This document shows, one piece after another, positions 19,528 through 27,852 of a stretch of DNA of 50,552 nucleotides; the first letter of the stretch is position 1, and every line of letters begins with the position of its first letter. Both the position numbers and the translations under genes were made by a program. The DNA is from Candidatus Caenarcanales bacterium (GTDB lineage Bacteria; Cyanobacteriota; Vampirovibrionia; LMEP-6097), in contig CANHDW010000002.1 of the NCBI GenBank assembly GCA_947459525.1, positions 1 through 50,552 of the forward strand, in the 5' to 3' direction. The notes beneath the pieces are model-generated. The model saw nothing but the letters and a program-made list of their open reading frames with translations. It searched no databases and had not been told where the DNA came from.

Positions 19528-19776
19528 ATGTCTGATTTTGAGCAAGTTAATAAATTTAGAAGAGATTTGATTAAATCCCTTGCTTATTGGTGTTTTAGTC
19601 CGCTTGGAATATTAATTTTAATGTTTATTTTTGATCGCTCCAGTTGTTTAAATAAAATTGAAGTAAGCGACATTGTTCTCATATTGCTTTTTTCTTTGAT
19701 TGGATTAGAATGTATAAATAAAGTCTATAAAATCAGCTTAGAGATTGATTTTAGGAAATATCATGATAGTCATTAG
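19528..19776 (+). CDS. Small membrane protein (2 predicted TM segments)
   Basis: 82 aa with hydrophobic stretches LAYWCFSPLGILILMFIF and IVLILLFSLIGL. Confidence 0.45.
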   Translation: MSDFEQVNKFRRDLIKSLAYWCFSPLGILILMFIFDRSSCLNKIEVSDIVLILLFSLIGLECINKVYKISLEIDFRKYHDSH

Positions 19777-19915
19777 CCAAGAAGTAGAAGAAGCCATAAA
19801 ATCATCAGTGATTATTATCATGACAATCACGGTCTACTACTCAATTCTGTATATAGTCAGAGACGGAAGAGCAGAAGATTTAGAACGCGAAAAACATAGC
19901 GATTTGAAAAAATAG
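19763..19915 (+). CDS. Very small membrane protein (50 aa, 1 TM), overlapping the end of the previous ORF
   Basis: MIVISQEVEEAIKSSVIIIMTITVYYSILYIVRDGRAEDLEREKHSDLKK. Its ATG lies inside the last codons of 19528..19776. It is not in the ORF track because it is under 60 aa. Confidence 0.3.
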   Translation: MIVISQEVEEAIKSSVIIIMTITVYYSILYIVRDGRAEDLEREKHSDLKK

Positions 19916-19936
19916 TACCAAAGGTTTATTAAAAAA

Positions 19937-20013
19937 CGACAGAGACGAAGATCTGTAAAAGCGCCAGCTTTTACAATGAAAAAGGCAACCCTCAAGCTCA
20001 AGTCCCTTCGTCG
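19937..20013 (-). repeat. Decayed copy of the tRNA-Asp-derived tRNA-like hairpin unit (unit 1)
   Basis: CGACAGAGACGAAGATCTGTAAAAGCGCCAGCTTTTACAATGAAAAAGGCAACCCTCAAGCTCAAGTCCCTTCGTCG aligns along its whole length with unit 2. Confidence 0.7.
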
Positions 20014-20020
20014 ATGCTAA

Positions 20021-20144
20021 TAGGGACTGCCCACAATCTTCAATTTCTGCGTTTTCGTCGTCCTCATGACCTCATGTACCTTCAGTACACTGCGGTCATT
20101 CGTCCTCCTCAGCCTTGAACTTGTGCGTTTGTGAACAGTCCCTA
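20021..20144 (+). mobile_element. Full-length MITE-like copy of the dispersed repeat (variant arms)
   Basis: Terminal inverted arms TAGGGACTGCCCACAA and TTGTGAACAGTCCCTA flank the conserved core. It sits between two paralogous units, one of which provides an empty site. Confidence 0.85.
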
Positions 20145-20160
20145 ATTTAATTTTAAAAAA

Positions 20161-20241
20161 TGGCGGAGACGAAGATCTGTAAAAGCGCCAGCTTTTACAA
20201 TGAAAAAGTAAACCCTTAGGGTTCAAGTCCCTTCGTCTCCG
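20161..20241 (-). ncRNA. tRNA-Asp-derived tRNA-like hairpin unit (unit 2); function unknown
   Basis: It starts with TGGCGGAGACGAAG, identical to 20262-20275 under the tRNA 3' end. It ends with GGGTTCAAGTCCCTTCGTCTCCG, an inverted copy of the tRNA T-arm plus acceptor. On the minus strand it ends ...CTTCGTCTCC-G-CCA followed by a T-run. Confidence 0.45.
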
Positions 20242-20261
20242 TTATTTTAATTTATTAAAAA

Positions 20262-20338
20262 TGGCGGAGACGAAGGGACTTGAACCCTCGACCCCCTGCG
20301 TGACAGACAGGTGCTCTAACCAACTGAGCTACGCCTCC
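20262..20338 (-). tRNA. tRNA-Asp (anticodon GUC), CCA encoded
   Basis: Cloverleaf folded by hand. Acceptor GGAGGCG/CGTCTCC, D-arm GCTC-AGTTGGTTA-GAGC, anticodon arm CCTGT-CTGTCAC-GCAGG, T-arm GAGGG-TTCAAGT-CCCTT, discriminator G, then CCA. Confidence 0.92.
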
Positions 20339-20436
20339 GCGAGTCGACTTTTTAAAGAGAGATCACCTCTTGCGCATCGAATGCGTTTAAAAATCCTAGC
20401 ATAAAAAATCTAAATTCGTGCCAAGATTAAACTAGC

Positions 20437-21582
20437 TTGCGAATCAATTTCACAAATAATTTAAGATTCCTTAGTTCGCTTCTATTATTACAGGGCTTGT
20501 CTTTTTCTACCGTAAATGCCTCTCTAGAAGTTTACAATAGCTTTACAGATCCATCTAATATACAAGTCTTAGATTCTGCTTCTAAGTTAATTAATAAGAT
20601 AGAAGGATCTTCTGTATTAAAAGGCTATGCCTCCGTTGAAGAGGAGTTTAAGCTTGAAGATGAACCCCTGTATCTCATTAGTGTTGAGAGCTTCGACCCA
20701 CGTTTAATTTTAAGTGGTGATAGTTTAATTTTCAGAGCTACACCTGAAGTAGGGGAACTTTTTAAAATTCCAGTGAACACTTATCTAAAAGCGTCAGTAG
20801 AAGGAGACTCTACGAATAATAGGAATTTTCTTTTTAGAATTACCGATCTTATTTCTGAAAATGGCTCTAGCACAGCAGCTTCAGGACTTTTTAAAATAGA
20901 CACTAAAGAGCAAGATAAAAGCTTAGAAGATAAAATTAGTGAAAATGCTTTTCTTAGAACTAGCTCTAATATGGTTCTTGGAAGTTTAAGTGGTAGTTTG
21001 AAAACTTTAAAATATGGTGGTCTACCTTTAATTATGTTAACTGATGGCTTTTCAGTAGTAGCTGGAGCTGGGCTAGGAGCTGTTTCAGGGATAGTAAATT
21101 CGTTTGTGGCTACCCCACAGCCATTTTATTCAGAGCCTAGTGATTCACAGCTTAAGGTGAAATTTATTGAACCGATAAAAGCTGACCTGTATTCTTTTAT
21201 AAAATCTGCGCATGAGTTTCCTCAGCCCCTGCTTGCTCGTGACATTAATCTTGAAGTAAAAATTACTCAGTCGAAAAAGTTTTATTCTTATAATTTTGGT
21301 GATTCTATATTTCTGGAATTAGAAATAGAAAATGCCTCAGAGAAAGACTTTGATTTGCAAGATTTTATTTTAGTAGATAAAACTAACTATCAGGAATTTT
21401 TACCAAATCCATTTTTATTTAATTTTAATTCTGAAGAGCTTTCTGAGATTAATTCAGATACGACACGTACACTTAAGCTCTGCTACTCGCTCGGTAAATT
21501 TTCTGATTTAGATAATTACAATTTAAGAATTTTAGATCCTGTAACTGCAAAGCATTTATATTATGTGCCTATACAGATTTAA
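20437..21582 (+). CDS. Secreted hypothetical protein
   Basis: 381 aa with signal-like N-terminus LRFLSSLLLLQGLSFSTVNA. No recognised domain. Confidence 0.55.
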   Translation: MRINFTNNLRFLSSLLLLQGLSFSTVNASLEVYNSFTDPSNIQVLDSASKLINKIEGSSVLKGYASVEEEFKLEDEPLYLISVESFDPRLILSGDSLIFRATPEVGELFKIPVNTYLKASVEGDSTNNRNFLFRITDLISENGSSTAASGLFKIDTKEQDKSLEDKISENAFLRTSSNMVLGSLSGSLKTLKYGGLPLIMLTDGFSVVAGAGLGAVSGIVNSFVATPQPFYSEPSDSQLKVKFIEPIKADLYSFIKSAHEFPQPLLARDINLEVKITQSKKFYSYNFGDSIFLELEIENASEKDFDLQDFILVDKTNYQEFLPNPFLFNFNSEELSEINSDTTRTLKLCYSLGKFSDLDNYNLRILDPVTAKHLYYVPIQI

Positions 21583-21670
21583 AGAGACTAAAACATATCA
21601 AAAATTTTTTAATAATTTAGTTTTAAGGTTTTAGAAACCTCGCCATAAAGTGTTAGAATAACTCTAGTTT

Positions 21671-22237
21671 ATGTACACACCTACTGATTTCAAAAATGGC
21701 TTAACCCTAGAATGGAAGGGAAATTTATACCAAGTCGTGGAATTTCTTCACGTCAAACCTGGTAAGGGAGCAGCTTTCGTTAGAACTAAATTCAGAAATT
21801 TAACAACCAAGAAAATTTTAGAAGAATCTTTCAGAATGAATGAACAGTTTAAACCAGCTCACGTAGAAAGAAAAGAAATGCAGTATCTTTACCAGAGTGG
21901 TGATAATTATGCTTTTATGGATATGAAATCCTATGAACAAGTTGAATTATCTAAAAATGATTTAGGTGATAACGTTACTGATTTCCTAAAAGAAGAAATG
22001 GTCTGTTCAATTATGTCTTGTGATGGAAAAATCTTAAGTGCAGAATTACCTAATTCCATTGAACTCATCGTACAAGATACAGCACCAAATGAAAAAGGGA
22101 ACACATCATCTGGCGGTTCAAAGCCAGCGGTTCTTGAAACTGGAGCGACCATTGACATACCTTTCTTTGTTAATATCGGAGATAAAATTCGATTAAATCC
22201 TCAAACGAGAGAATATCAAGACAGGGTGAAAGTATAA
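21671..22237 (+). CDS. efp: Elongation factor P
   Basis: FKNGLTLEWKGNLYQVVEFLHVKPGKGAAFVRTKFRNL. Confidence 0.96.
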   Translation: MYTPTDFKNGLTLEWKGNLYQVVEFLHVKPGKGAAFVRTKFRNLTTKKILEESFRMNEQFKPAHVERKEMQYLYQSGDNYAFMDMKSYEQVELSKNDLGDNVTDFLKEEMVCSIMSCDGKILSAELPNSIELIVQDTAPNEKGNTSSGGSKPAVLETGATIDIPFFVNIGDKIRLNPQTREYQDRVKV

Positions 22238-22737
22238 TGAAAACCATTGATAAGGCAGAAAAGAATATGAATAATATAGAAGTTCCTTTAATAGCTATAA
22301 ATCAATTAGCTGAAATTCTTAAGACTCAAGAGCTGAGCGAGATAGAGCTTGAATTTGAAGGACAATACCGCATTAAAGTAAAAAAAGAAATTACTGGGGC
22401 TGTATTTAATAGCGTATCAGCACCAGCCGTGCATCCCGTGGGAAATGCACCTACAGAAGCCAGCCCCCTAAAAGCTACTGTAGTTAATAAAAATCTTTTC
22501 GAAGTTAAGTCACCAATGGTTGGTACTTATTATGCATCTCCATCTCCAGATGCTGACCCCTTTATAAAAGTCGGAGATAGAGTTAAGAAGGGTGATACCC
22601 TATGTATTATCGAAGCTATGAAACTAATGAATGAGCTTCCTTCCGAAGTTTCAGGCATAGTAAAAGAGATTTCAGTAGATAATGCTCAAGCTATATCTTT
22701 TGGTGAAGTAATTATTAAAATCGAAAAAGATGCCTAA
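22237..22737 (+). CDS. accB: Biotin carboxyl carrier protein of acetyl-CoA carboxylase
   Basis: Biotinyl-Lys motif CIIEAMKLMNE. The start overlaps the efp stop (TAATG). Confidence 0.93.
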   Translation: MKTIDKAEKNMNNIEVPLIAINQLAEILKTQELSEIELEFEGQYRIKVKKEITGAVFNSVSAPAVHPVGNAPTEASPLKATVVNKNLFEVKSPMVGTYYASPSPDADPFIKVGDRVKKGDTLCIIEAMKLMNELPSEVSGIVKEISVDNAQAISFGEVIIKIEKDA

Positions 22738-23416
22738 GCAGGTTTTTTCTTTAACTTCTTTCTTAAATCAGTTAAATTTATCATCCAGTAAGCTTCTAGG
22801 ACAGGCTTTGACTCATAAATCCTGTTCCAAAGATGATCCCAGCATTCTAAATAACGAAAGATTAGAATTTCTCGGCGATGCCGTCTTGAAACTAGTCTTC
22901 AGTGAATACCTGTCTGATAATTTCCCCGATGAAGATGAAGGAAATTTATCTAAATTCAGAGCTAGACTCATTTCTGACGACTTACTTGAAGAACTTGCTA
23001 TGGAAATGGACTTAGGAAAACTTTTACGCATAGGGAGAATGCTTAAAGGACAAAAAACGCTACCCAGTTCTATTTATGGAAATGCCTTAGAAGCCTTAAT
23101 AGCAGTTATATACAAAGAAGCTGGTTATGATAAAGCTCGTGAATTTATTTTAAATGCTTGGGAGAATCATATTCAAAGAGCCATAACTGAGTCTATTGCT
23201 CATAACTATAAAGCCTTGTTAATAGAAAAATTTCAAGCTAAATATTCTAAAGCACCAGTCTTTGAAACAGTTATGACAAGTGGAGAAGCTCACGAAAGAA
23301 ATTTTGAAATAGCTGTACTCTTTGATGGTAAAGAGCTGGGTAAAGGTACTGGTAAATCTAAAAAAGAAGCTGGACAAAAGGCGGCCAAAGCTGCTTTAGA
23401 CAGGTTATCATTTTAA
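22730..23416 (+). CDS. rnc: Ribonuclease III
   Basis: Signature NERLEFLGDAVL and a C-terminal dsRBD (GKGTGKSKKEAGQKAAKAAL). Confidence 0.93.
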   Translation: MPKQVFSLTSFLNQLNLSSSKLLGQALTHKSCSKDDPSILNNERLEFLGDAVLKLVFSEYLSDNFPDEDEGNLSKFRARLISDDLLEELAMEMDLGKLLRIGRMLKGQKTLPSSIYGNALEALIAVIYKEAGYDKAREFILNAWENHIQRAITESIAHNYKALLIEKFQAKYSKAPVFETVMTSGEAHERNFEIAVLFDGKELGKGTGKSKKEAGQKAAKAALDRLSF

Positions 23417-23419
23417 GTC

Positions 23420-24283
23420 ATGCCCGATTATGCTAACACCGATAGAGTAAAAATTCTTTCTGAAGCTCTACCCTATATTCAAAAATTTCACTCCAAAATA
23501 TTTGTTATTAAATATGGCGGTTCAGCTCTAACTAACCCTGATATAGAGAAGAGTACCATTAAGGATTTAGTACTGTTAAATAGTGTCGGTATAAAAGTCG
23601 TGCTGACTCATGGTGGCGGCCCTGAAATTAATCAAATGCTCACTAAAATAGGTAAAGAAATTAAATTTGAAAATGGTCTAAGGCACACTGATGCAGAAAC
23701 TATGGAAATAGTCGAGATGGTTTTACACGGTAAAATACAAAGACGTATAGTAAGTTCTATCAACTGTGCTGGAGCAAGAGCCATAGGACTTTCTGGGCGT
23801 GACGGCAGAATCATGGTCGCTGAGAGAGATTCACGTATCGCTGAAGGCAATATGGTAGGTGAAATTAAAACTACTAATCTAGCTTTAATTCATGAAGTTT
23901 TTAAATTAGGCTTAATTCCAGTAATCAGTTCTATTGCACCCAATGAAGCTGGTGAGGCTTTTAATATTAACGCTGATACGATGGCAGCTGAGCTTGCTAT
24001 AGGACTTCAAGCTGATAAATTAATTCTTATGACAGATATACAGGGTATACTTGCAGATAAAAATGATCCTCTATCTTTAATAAAAGAAATGAATCTAGAA
24101 ACAGCTAAGGGCTTAGAGTCTAAGGGAATTATTCAAGGCGGCATGATTCCAAAGACTGACTGTTGTATTAAGGCTATAGAGCATGGAGTTAAAGAAGCGA
24201 TTATTCTTAATGGATTAAAAGAGCATAGTTTACTCTTAGAGACCTTTACCAATGAGGGATCTGGGACTTTGATTAGAAACTGA
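23420..24283 (+). CDS. argB: Acetylglutamate kinase
   Basis: Motifs IKYGGSA, VLTHGGGP and NINADTMAAELA. Confidence 0.93.
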   Translation: MPDYANTDRVKILSEALPYIQKFHSKIFVIKYGGSALTNPDIEKSTIKDLVLLNSVGIKVVLTHGGGPEINQMLTKIGKEIKFENGLRHTDAETMEIVEMVLHGKIQRRIVSSINCAGARAIGLSGRDGRIMVAERDSRIAEGNMVGEIKTTNLALIHEVFKLGLIPVISSIAPNEAGEAFNINADTMAAELAIGLQADKLILMTDIQGILADKNDPLSLIKEMNLETAKGLESKGIIQGGMIPKTDCCIKAIEHGVKEAIILNGLKEHSLLLETFTNEGSGTLIRN

Positions 24284-24284
24284 T

Positions 24285-24635
24285 TTATCTCAATTCAAAA
24301 ACCAAAGCTTTAACTTCTTTTATATAATCTTGCGCGAAATCCTTGCGCCCATGCATATCACTATTAGCAGAACTAATAGCTTGATTTAAAAGATTCAGTA
24401 ACTCTATTTTACGAAACTGTAATTCATTTGCTAGAGCAGAATGTTTCACCCCAACTATTAATTTCATATCTTTAGTAACTCTGTGGGCGAAAGTTCTTTT
24501 CTTAATAGAATCTGGCATTTCTAATTCTTGCCAGAGCTGAAAAATAGAGTAATGTCTCTGCTTATCAATATTGCGCGCAACACTATCAAAAAGTTTTTTT
24601 ATTGGTAAAAGATCTTCTTGTTTAGCTCTTTGCAT
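24285..24635 (-). CDS. DUF721 (DciA-like) protein
   Basis: 116 aa immediately downstream of recF and overlapping it. Contains LIVGVKHSALANELQFRKIELLNLLN, typical of DUF721. Confidence 0.65.
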   Translation of the reverse strand: MQRAKQEDLLPIKKLFDSVARNIDKQRHYSIFQLWQELEMPDSIKKRTFAHRVTKDMKLIVGVKHSALANELQFRKIELLNLLNQAISSANSDMHGRKDFAQDYIKEVKALVFELR

Positions 24636-25731
24636 ATTCGACTAAGGCTCCAGCTTTAATATTTATAATTTGAGCATTTTCGCTCCATTTTTGCAAATGC
24701 TTACCTAAATGGGTCGTAGTAATTATGACCTGCGTATCATCTGAAATGGCTTCTAGTAAATGATCTTGCCTTGCTTCATCTAATTCCGCAAGGACATCAT
24801 CTAATAAAAGAATGGGCTTTAATCTATGCTCTTCCTTTAATAGCTCTATTTCTGTAAGCTTAAGGGCTAGCACTATACTTCTCTTTTCTCCTTGGCTTGC
24901 AAAATCACTAGCTAACTGTTCTTTAAGCATAAAATCAATATCATCTCGCTGCGGTCCATGGCTAGTACAGGCTCTGATAAAATCTAATTTATGATCTGCT
25001 TTTAAATCTTCAGGGCTTAGCACTTTACCTAAATACTCTAATCTTAATGAAAGTGCCTCTCCTGCGATATCTTGGTAATATTTTTCTACCAAAGGACTAA
25101 TTTTAGTCACTAACTCGTGCCTATATTTAGTAAGCTCATTTGCAGCATTTATAAACAGTTCATCCCATATCGAAAGCTGTTCTTGGAAAGCTTCTGGTAG
25201 ATTATTATAAAAAAAATCTTTCTCTAAACAGGACTTAATAAAGCTATTACGCTGACTTAAAGATTTTTCAAATTTAGTTAATATCTCAGCATAAGGTAAA
25301 TAAAGCTGTTCTAGAATAGTATCTAGCCAGTCTCGACGAGAACTCGGGCTGCCAGAGACTATATTTAAATCATCTACCATAAAAGATACAGAATAAAGCT
25401 TATGATGAATATCTTTGGGCTTCATATTAACCTCATTAATTTTCAGAGTCCTTCTACCAGAACGTCTTATCATCATCGCTATATTTAAATCATTAGCATT
25501 TTCGCGTAAAATTTTAGCGTGTATAACAGCATTTTCAGCATTAAAATTGACGAGCTGAGCATCTTTAGCAGCTCTTTTAGATTTACCTGTACTGAATATC
25601 TGCACTACTTCTAATAAATTAGTTTTGCCTTGCGAATTATCCCCAAGAATAATAAGCTTAGGACGCTCAATATTTAAAAAGAGTTCTTGATAATTTCTAA
25701 AATTTATTAAATTTATGGTTTTCAAGAACAT
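24622..25731 (-). CDS. recF: DNA replication and repair protein RecF
   Basis: Walker A GDNSQGKTNLLE, signature FASQGEKRSIVLALKL and Walker B ILLLDDVLAELD. Confidence 0.95.
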   Translation of the reverse strand: MFLKTINLINFRNYQELFLNIERPKLIILGDNSQGKTNLLEVVQIFSTGKSKRAAKDAQLVNFNAENAVIHAKILRENANDLNIAMMIRRSGRRTLKINEVNMKPKDIHHKLYSVSFMVDDLNIVSGSPSSRRDWLDTILEQLYLPYAEILTKFEKSLSQRNSFIKSCLEKDFFYNNLPEAFQEQLSIWDELFINAANELTKYRHELVTKISPLVEKYYQDIAGEALSLRLEYLGKVLSPEDLKADHKLDFIRACTSHGPQRDDIDFMLKEQLASDFASQGEKRSIVLALKLTEIELLKEEHRLKPILLLDDVLAELDEARQDHLLEAISDDTQVIITTTHLGKHLQKWSENAQIINIKAGALVEYAKS

Positions 25732-25797
25732 AGGATTTTAAGGTCGAGAATTTTATAAGTATAGCGGGATTTTTTTAGTATATGATTATTCTAGCTA

Positions 25798-27732
25798 GTG
25801 AACCTGCGATTAAAAGATCTTTTTAAAAAAATTTTTTTGCTATTTATTGTAGTAAATTTTTGTGTTTTGGAAATCGAGGCGAAAAAAAAATCTGACGAGC
25901 CTGTCAATAGAAAAGATAAAAAAAATCACGAAGTTAAACTCTTAGAAGTTAATCCAGATGAATCTGCTATGGATTCTAGCCCTAAGTCTGATTTAATAGT
26001 AAATCCAACTAACCCCTCCATTTTTACAGAAGCATCCTCGCTCAGCGAAGATGTACTTCAGGAAACTGAAAATCCTCCAGAGAATGAAACATTCGTAGAA
26101 ATAATCGCAGATGAACTACGCTATAACGAAACTCAAGATTTTTACGAAGCAGTTGGAGAGGCTATCGCCACTTTCCCGGAGAAAAATATAATAGTCACTG
26201 CTGATCAAATGAATTTTGATGGGCTAAAAAAACTTTTAATCGCAGAGGGAAATGTAAAAGTCACCCAGAATGATACTACTGCCTTTGGTGAGTATGTAGT
26301 CTTTCATACTGATACGAAAACCTATAGCATGGAAGAACCGAAAATATTCAGCCCCGGTATACGCCTTAAAGCCCGCAGCAGTACTTCTGAATTTAAAGAA
26401 CGAAGAAAGCCAGACGAAAAGGATAAAGTCACTGTAAATTTCAAAGATGGTTTTATCGCATTAGATAAACCAGTCGGTGTTTACTTTTCAGGTAATCATG
26501 AATGGACCAGATATACTCGTGAGCGCAAACTCTACTATCAGAACCGTGAACTCAGATGGAAGGATATTCCACCTTTACAGAGCGATATTAAATATAGCGC
26601 CAAACGCATTACCTACGATCAAAACAAAAGAATGAACAACCTGAAGATTCAGGGTGCAAGGCTTTGGCTAAATGATAAATTAAGTATCCCTTCTCCAATA
26701 GAACTCACTACTAGTGTAGGGGAGGCTGCAAACACCAGATTCAGGGGACCAGTTTTAGGCCAGCAAGAGCGTATCGGCGGCTTTGCTGTTGGTCCTAGAT
26801 TCTTTAAATCTTATAAGAACTCCACTTTTGCATTAGCTCCAATAGTTCAGATCGGTAATGATGGCGGCTTCGGAGCTGGATCTATAGTCAGCTATAATAC
26901 ACCAGGCGATACTACTGCCGTTATGGCAGGCTACGGCTCTCTCTATAATAGGTTTATATTAAATGCCCATCAAGAACTTCCATATAATTTTGAAGCGAAT
27001 GCACTGGTTAATCAGTTTAACCGTAATCTCTTATTTGGTTCGAGCCAAGTTGGTCAAAATTATGAAATAGCTCACAAATTTAGATTAAAACATGAATGGT
27101 TCGACAGGCGTGGCGTTCAGTTTAGAACTATTATGGGATATGCTGCGGATAATTTAGATCTATTTACAGCAAGGAATAAAGAACTTCTTTTTCAAGCAAG
27201 AAGAGATAGAGGCGACAATAGTACTGATGAGCATAGCGGTTTTAGATTCGAAGAAAACATATCTTTCTATACGAAGCCCTTATATCGAGTTGGAAATGAA
27301 GCTTATAATCTAACTCTAAGATTCAGAGAAGCTGGTTCATTGGCTTTTTATGATACTGGTGATTCCTATCTTGTTAATCGTATAGGTCCAGCTATAGAGG
27401 CGACTTTTGATAGGCTTAGCTTTGAGGTAGATTATTTATATGCTCTAATAAGCGGTGAATCACCATTTGTCTTTGACCAGTTTATAGATGGCTCTAGTGC
27501 TATAGTCTTTGACGGTGATTTAGCAATTAACAAGTGGCTTTCCGTAGGCACTTTCGTAAATTTCAATATCAATGATAGTGAGATTACAAGGAATCAAATA
27601 AGAGCTGAAGTTGGACCACCTGATTTTAAGTTCAGAGCGAGTTATGACACCGTAAGAAATCAAGTCGGCTTCGGCGTTAATATGATATTCGGTGAACCTA
27701 TTCGTTATGAGCAACTCAAGGTGAATCTCTAA
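25798..27732 (+). CDS. OstA/LptD-like outer-membrane protein
   Basis: Signal peptide followed by an OstA_N-like segment (IIADELRYNE...AEGNVKVTQNDTTAFGEYVVFH). The long C-terminal region is rich in beta-strands and aromatics. Confidence 0.5.
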   Translation: MNLRLKDLFKKIFLLFIVVNFCVLEIEAKKKSDEPVNRKDKKNHEVKLLEVNPDESAMDSSPKSDLIVNPTNPSIFTEASSLSEDVLQETENPPENETFVEIIADELRYNETQDFYEAVGEAIATFPEKNIIVTADQMNFDGLKKLLIAEGNVKVTQNDTTAFGEYVVFHTDTKTYSMEEPKIFSPGIRLKARSSTSEFKERRKPDEKDKVTVNFKDGFIALDKPVGVYFSGNHEWTRYTRERKLYYQNRELRWKDIPPLQSDIKYSAKRITYDQNKRMNNLKIQGARLWLNDKLSIPSPIELTTSVGEAANTRFRGPVLGQQERIGGFAVGPRFFKSYKNSTFALAPIVQIGNDGGFGAGSIVSYNTPGDTTAVMAGYGSLYNRFILNAHQELPYNFEANALVNQFNRNLLFGSSQVGQNYEIAHKFRLKHEWFDRRGVQFRTIMGYAADNLDLFTARNKELLFQARRDRGDNSTDEHSGFRFEENISFYTKPLYRVGNEAYNLTLRFREAGSLAFYDTGDSYLVNRIGPAIEATFDRLSFEVDYLYALISGESPFVFDQFIDGSSAIVFDGDLAINKWLSVGTFVNFNINDSEITRNQIRAEVGPPDFKFRASYDTVRNQVGFGVNMIFGEPIRYEQLKVNL

Positions 27733-27852
27733 ATAATACCCCCCCATCTAGCTTGAAGCTCCAAGCCCCGCAAGGCTTTTAGCCTAGTGACTTATCTTGA
27801 AATTAATATTTTCTCATGAATTAATGAGAGCTTAACTTGATATTAATTTTGT

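Noticed and set aside
20017-20226. 69-aa minus-strand ORF spanning the MITE-like element and tRNA-like unit 2
   Set aside because: It lies entirely within repeat sequence. Its frame is an accidental consequence of the purine-rich reverse strand of the repeat, and it has no start context.
20161-20241. Unit 2 as a second, canonical tRNA gene
   Set aside because: It has no D-arm. The central hairpin has a 6-nt loop instead of a 7-nt anticodon loop. Only the acceptor and T parts are tRNA-like, and they are copied from tRNA-Asp.
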